IMG/VR virus record: IMGVR_UViG_2671180460_000010 | Span: 1-19,577 of that record | DNA from: a virus | Lineage: Duplodnaviria; Heunggongvirae; Uroviricota; Caudoviricetes | Strand: one strand, 5' to 3' | Length of the DNA stretch: 19,577 bases | Shown: positions 15,526 through 19,577 of the stretch, in pieces | Layout: each line of letters opens with the position of its first letter | How positions within the stretch are numbered: the stretch's first letter is position 1 | Program-made: the position numbers and the translations under genes | The notes under the pieces: model-generated | Told to the model about the DNA's origin: nothing | Database searches by the model: none | Seen by the model: the letters and a program-made list of their open reading frames with translations, nothing else

Positions 15526-15555
15526 AAAACCCGCTTTGGCGGGTTTTGTTTTTTC
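15526..15555 (+). terminator. Rho-independent terminator after the Doc-like gene
   Basis: AAAACCCGC-tttg-GCGGGTTTT followed by GTTTTTTC. Confidence 0.75.
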
Positions 15556-15626
15556 TGCGTATTCTGGTTTACAATTTGCACGCCAGCCTGAACAACTGGC
15601 ACCTGCTGCGCCAGCAGAGAAAACCG

Positions 15627-15899
15627 ATGGCGCACAATACCAAACCACACAATTCTGATACCGTCTTTGCCAGCAGGCGCGGACGGCATTCGCACATATT
15701 TAAAGCTGACTGGTACCAGCATGATCCATGCACTGAAGAACAGGCCGAATGGCTGATTCAGAACTACCGCAGACGCGGATACGAGATTAAGAAAGCCCTC
15801 AGCCTCGATTATCGTCACTGGATAATCTACGTCAGGCTGCCGTACTCCGAGCGCCCACCGCGTCCGTCCCGTACATTCCAGCAACGCATCTGGAGGTAA
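15627..15899 (+). CDS. Hypothetical protein (90 aa), basic
   Basis: Internal Met start (MAHNTKPHN) chosen because the upstream part of the ORF overlaps the terminator. Weak RBS. Precedes the YdfU-like gene; its stop is 1 nt before the GTG of that gene. Confidence 0.4.
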   Translation: MAHNTKPHNSDTVFASRRGRHSHIFKADWYQHDPCTEEQAEWLIQNYRRRGYEIKKALSLDYRHWIIYVRLPYSERPPRPSRTFQQRIWR

Positions 15900-15900
15900 C

Positions 15901-16947
15901 GTGCGGGTATTACTTCGACCTGTTCCGGTACCGGAACTTGGGCTGGTGGTGCTAAAGCCGGGCCGTGAATCCATGCAGGTATTTCATAACCCTCGAGTGC
16001 TGGTGGAGCCGGAACCGAAAAGCATGCGTGGTCTGCCGTCCGGAGTTGTTCCTGCCGTTCGCCAGCCGCTGGCGGAAGATAAATCATTACTGCCATTTTT
16101 CAGCGATGAGCGGGTGATTCATGCTGCTGGCGGCGCTGGTGCACTGTCTGACTGGTTGTTGCGTCATGTCAAATCCTGCCAGTGGCCTCATGGTGATTAC
16201 CATCACAGCGAAACCGTCATACATCGTTACGGCACCGGCGCGATGGTGTTGTGCTGGCACTGCGACAACCAGCTGCGTGACCAGACATCCGAATCACTTG
16301 AGCAACTTGCTCAACAAAACCTGACAGCATGGATGATTGACGTCATCCGTCACGCAATAAGCGGTGCGCAGGAGCGTGAATTATCGCTGGCTGAATTATC
16401 CTGGTGGGCTGTCTGCAATCAGGTGGCGGACGCACTACCGGAGGTAGTATTACGTCGTTCTCTGGGGTTACGTGCGGAAAAAATCCGCTCGGTGTACCGC
16501 GAAAGCGACATCATTCCGGGAGAGCAGGCAGCCGCCAGCATACTGAAGCAGCGCACAAAAAATCTTGCGCCGCTGCCTCACGCCCACCAGCAAAACCCAC
16601 AACAGGAAAAGACGGTGGTCAGCATTGCCGTTGATCCGGACGCTCCGGAATCTTTCATGAAACGACCTAAACGTCGCCGCTGGGTGAATGAGAAATACAC
16701 GCGCTGGGTAAAGACACAGCCGTGTACGTGTTGTGGTAAGCCAGCCGACGATCCCCATCACCTGATTGGTCATGGTCAGGGCGGAATGGGGACAAAAGCC
16801 CACGATATTTTTACGTTGCCGCTGTGCCGGGAACATCACAATGAACTTCATGCAGATCCGCAGGCGTTCGAAGAAAAGCATGGTTCTCAGGTTGATTTAA
16901 TTTTTCGTTTTCTTGATCACGCCTTTGCAACTGGCGTACTCGGATAA
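15901..16947 (+). CDS. YdfU-like prophage protein (DUF968-like C-terminal Cys/His domain)
   Basis: GTG start with GGAGG RBS 6 nt upstream. C-terminal CTCCGKPADDPHHLIGHGQGGMGTKAHDIFTLPLCREHHNELH. Position upstream of rusA and Q parallels Qin-type prophages. Confidence 0.65.
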   Translation: MRVLLRPVPVPELGLVVLKPGRESMQVFHNPRVLVEPEPKSMRGLPSGVVPAVRQPLAEDKSLLPFFSDERVIHAAGGAGALSDWLLRHVKSCQWPHGDYHHSETVIHRYGTGAMVLCWHCDNQLRDQTSESLEQLAQQNLTAWMIDVIRHAISGAQERELSLAELSWWAVCNQVADALPEVVLRRSLGLRAEKIRSVYRESDIIPGEQAAASILKQRTKNLAPLPHAHQQNPQQEKTVVSIAVDPDAPESFMKRPKRRRWVNEKYTRWVKTQPCTCCGKPADDPHHLIGHGQGGMGTKAHDIFTLPLCREHHNELHADPQAFEEKHGSQVDLIFRFLDHAFATGVLG

Positions 16948-16959
16948 AAGAGGTTACTG

Positions 16960-17319
16960 ATGCGTATAGAGTTTGTTTTGCCTTACCCGCCGACGGTGAA
17001 CACTTACTGGCGACGTCGTGGCAGCACATATTTTATATCGGAAGCCGGTAAGCGTTATCGCCGTGATGTGGCACTTATTGTTCGCCAGCAGCGGCTGAAA
17101 TTAAACCTGTCCGGAAGGCTGGCGATAACGGTTATCGCAGAGCCGCCGGATAAACGCCGTCGTGACCTGGACAATATCCTGAAAGCACCGCTGGATGCGT
17201 TGACGCATGCGGGACTGCTTATCGACGACGAGCAGTTTGATGAAATCAATATTGCGCGCGGTCAGGTCGTTCCCGGTGGGCGGCTGGGCGTGAAGATTTA
17301 CAAAATTGAAAGTGAGTGA
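16960..17319 (+). CDS. rusA: Holliday junction resolvase RusA
   Basis: 119 aa with AGAGG RBS. Characteristic LPYPPTVNTYWRRRG and DKRRRDLDNILKAPLDAL motifs (catalytic Asp cluster). Confidence 0.85.
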   Translation: MRIEFVLPYPPTVNTYWRRRGSTYFISEAGKRYRRDVALIVRQQRLKLNLSGRLAITVIAEPPDKRRRDLDNILKAPLDALTHAGLLIDDEQFDEINIARGQVVPGGRLGVKIYKIESE

Positions 17320-17870
17320 GCGTAAATATGATATACCCGGAAATTACAGGCAAAAGCGGTGAGCATTTACGCCTGAAAACGCTGGAAAGTGTCTGGCTCC
17401 AGGGGAAACTGCGTATGTGGGGGCGTTGGTCGTATATAGGTGGTGGCAAAACAGGAAATATGTTCAATCAGTTGCTGGCATCCAAAAAACTGACAAAAAC
17501 CGCGATCAATGAAGCCATGCGCAAAATCAGGGAATCAGGGATTGATAAACCTGAACTGGAAGCATTCTTGCGAGAGATGATCGCTGGCAGACAGAAGAGC
17601 TGGCTGTCTCACTGTACTGATGCAGAGGCGTTACGCATTGATGGGGTGATAAGTAAAGCGCTCGCAAGTTATCCTGGATTGATTGATATCCTGCGGCAAC
17701 GGTACGAAGGGCGGGGGATGAGTAAACGAAAAATGGCTGAATTGTTGAATGAGGTTCACCCTGAGTGGTGCTATGCAACATGCCGCAATCGTATAGATAT
17801 GTGGCTGAGAATAGCTGAGTTTATTCTATATCCACTGATGCGAGATGCATTTTCTTTTACTGACGCTTAG
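17316..17870 (+). CDS. Putative late-gene antiterminator (Q-like) by position
   Basis: 184-aa ORF directly after rusA (GTGA overlap; alternative ATG at 17328) and directly before a promoter-plus-terminator unit resembling PR'/tR'. Family assignment is not confirmed by motif. Confidence 0.45.
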   Translation: MSVNMIYPEITGKSGEHLRLKTLESVWLQGKLRMWGRWSYIGGGKTGNMFNQLLASKKLTKTAINEAMRKIRESGIDKPELEAFLREMIAGRQKSWLSHCTDAEALRIDGVISKALASYPGLIDILRQRYEGRGMSKRKMAELLNEVHPEWCYATCRNRIDMWLRIAEFILYPLMRDAFSFTDA

Positions 17871-17947
17871 AGTCTGGAGGGCGTTTGTTGTTGTACGAAG
17901 CGGATTTCTGGTTGGTGGCAAGGCTTATGCAGTTTTTAGAAAAAAGC

Positions 17948-17976
17948 TTGTATTTTTAGCCATAAACTGTTTTAAT
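17948..17976 (+). promoter_or_regulatory. PR'-like late promoter candidate
   Basis: TTGTAT (17948..17953), 17-nt spacer, TTTAAT (17971..17976), about 60 nt upstream of a strong terminator. Confidence 0.35.
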
Positions 17977-18035
17977 CCAGCTAAGCTTCGCAAAGCTGTA
18001 CCGCTAGGCGAATAGCAGACATGGACATTTGAAAG

Positions 18036-18060
18036 AGCCCGCTTTATGCGGGTTTTTTTA
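18036..18060 (+). terminator. Rho-independent terminator (tR'-like) downstream of the Q-like gene
   Basis: AGCCCGC-tttat-GCGGG followed by TTTTTTT. Confidence 0.75.
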
Positions 18061-18182
18061 TGCCTGAAAAACGGTACAGGACGTTAAACGCGCTGATGGT
18101 TGCGAATACCGGTCTTTCAGCTTGCTGGCTTTTTCGACAAGAGCTATTGGTATGTCACGTTAACCAGAAAAGGAAAAAAGAC

Positions 18183-18380
18183 ATGCTAAAACAGCAGGAT
18201 ATGACCGAAACTGCCAGAGTGGTGTTTAATGAATTAAGCGTCACCGAACCGGCGACCGTCGGGGAAATTGCGCAGAATACTTACCTTTCACGCGAACGCT
18301 GCCAGTTAATACTGACCCAGCTTGTTATGGCGGGTCTGGCAGATTATCAGTTCGGTTGTTACAGACGCCTTCCGCAGTGA
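18183..18380 (+). CDS. Small hypothetical protein, possible winged-helix DNA-binding (66 aa)
   Basis: Internal Met start (MLKQQDMTETAR) with AAAGGAAAA RBS, chosen because the upstream part of the ORF overlaps the terminator. Segment TVGEIAQNTYLSRERCQLILTQLVMAGL resembles a recognition helix context. Confidence 0.4.
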   Translation: MLKQQDMTETARVVFNELSVTEPATVGEIAQNTYLSRERCQLILTQLVMAGLADYQFGCYRRLPQ

Positions 18381-18530
18381 AGGCTTTTTAATTTGTGGTA
18401 ATGGGCGGCTGGTGGGTGTTAGCGGCACCTGCCAGCCATCTGCTCATGCGTTGGGGTCACAAGCAAACCTCAGGCCCATCTGCTTTGCGCAAAAGCGGTA
18501 TGAGCCTATCAGAGAAGTGCTTATTGATCT

Positions 18531-19577
18531 ATGGCTAATACTGTAAAAATATCCAGTTGTGAGTTAATCAACGCTGATTGCCTGGAATTTATCCGGACCT
18601 TACCGGAAAACTCCGTCGATCTGATAGTCACAGACCCGCCATACTTTAAAGTGAAGCCCGAGGGCTGGGATAACCAGTGGAAGGGCGACGCTGATTACCT
18701 GCAATGGCTGGACCAGTGTCTTGCGCAGTTCTGGCGGGTATTAAAACCCGCCGGAAGTCTTTACCTGTTCTGTGGTCATCGCCTGGCATCTGATACCGAA
18801 ATCATGATGCGTGAACGCTTTAATGTACTGAACCACATTATCTGGGCGAAGCCGTCCGGACGCTGGAACGGGTGCAACAAGGAAAGCCTGCGGGCGTATT
18901 TCCCGGCAACAGAGCGCATTCTGTTTGCTGAACATTACCAGGGGCCATACCAGCCCAAAAATGACGGTTATGCAGCAAAGGGGCGCGAGCTTAAGCAACA
19001 CGTCATGGCACCGATGATTTCTTACTTTCGTGATGCGCGGGAATCACTGGGGATAACGTCGAAACAGATAGCGGAAGCCACCGGAAAGAAAAACATGGTT
19101 TCGCACTGGTTTGGTACCAGTCAGTGGCAGTTACCGAATGAGGCCGATTACAGTAAACTGCAGGCGCTGTTTGCACGTGTGGCGGCAGAAAAACACCAGC
19201 GCGGTGAACTGGAGCAGCCACACCACCAGCTGGTCAGCACATACAGCGAACTGAACCGGCAATATGTCAGCCTGCTGGAGGAATACAAATCACTGCGGCG
19301 TTATTTTTCCGTATCGGCTGTCGTTCCTTATACGGATGTCTGGACGCACAAGCCCGTGCAGTATTATCCGGGCAAACATCCCTGTGAAAAACCGGCGGAT
19401 ATGTTGCGTCAGATAATTACTGCCAGCAGCCGTCCAGGCGATTTGGTCGCAGATTTTTTTATGGGGTCAGGTTCCACGATAAAAGCGGCACTGTTGCTGG
19501 GACGCAGGGCGATTGGCGTGGAACTGGAAGAGGAACGTTTTAATCAGACGGTCAGAGAAATAACGAAAGATTTTTAA
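18531..19577 (+). CDS. DNA methyltransferase, N6-adenine/N4-cytosine (DPPY) type, beta-class motif order
   Basis: Motif IV DPPY near the N-terminus (DLIVTDPPYF) and motif I FxGxGxT near the C-terminus (DFFMGSGST). Complete 348-aa ORF ending at the window edge. Confidence 0.9.
   Translation: MANTVKISSCELINADCLEFIRTLPENSVDLIVTDPPYFKVKPEGWDNQWKGDADYLQWLDQCLAQFWRVLKPAGSLYLFCGHRLASDTEIMMRERFNVLNHIIWAKPSGRWNGCNKESLRAYFPATERILFAEHYQGPYQPKNDGYAAKGRELKQHVMAPMISYFRDARESLGITSKQIAEATGKKNMVSHWFGTSQWQLPNEADYSKLQALFARVAAEKHQRGELEQPHHQLVSTYSELNRQYVSLLEEYKSLRRYFSVSAVVPYTDVWTHKPVQYYPGKHPCEKPADMLRQIITASSRPGDLVADFFMGSGSTIKAALLLGRRAIGVELEEERFNQTVREITKDF

Noticed and set aside
15546-15899. 117-aa version of the ORF starting at 15546
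   Set aside because: The first 27 codons overlap the terminator hairpin and T-tract after the Doc-like gene. The internal ATG at 15627 is more plausible, though still weakly supported.

Overview
This window reads as the left arm and early region of a lambdoid (Rac/Qin-like mosaic) prophage of an Escherichia-type enterobacterium. All calls rest on reading the supplied ORF translations and the raw sequence; no database search was possible. Order, left to right: tyrosine integrase and excisionase-like gene (minus strand, attL side is cut off after 19 nt); an 818-aa protein with a C-terminal DEDDh 3'-5' exonuclease domain; several small leftward genes; one rightward coiled-coil/zinc-ribbon gene with its own promoter; an immunity region with a RacR-like HTH repressor between two mirrored TTGACA promoters that carry TTAGGC-N3-GCCTAA operator palindromes; divergent YdaS-like (Cro-like) and YdaT-like genes; a replication module (O-like initiator with internal 11-bp-phased iterons, DnaC-like loader); a nin-like block (wHTH protein, DUF4406-like, HNH endonuclease, DUF551-like); a toxin island with a hok/sok-type locus followed by a Doc-family toxin and a small upstream partner; a YdfU-like (DUF968-like) protein, RusA, a Q-like candidate followed by a PR'-like promoter and strong terminator; and a complete DPPY-type DNA methyltransferase at the right edge. 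No rRNA, tRNA, CRISPR array or IS element was seen. The best candidates for something undescribed are the stand-alone coiled-coil/Zn-ribbon gene in the sieB-like slot (5119..5637), the structured intergenic region with a 19-bp long-range inverted repeat next to it (4581..5118), and the two unannotatable first genes of the leftward operon (5800..6666).
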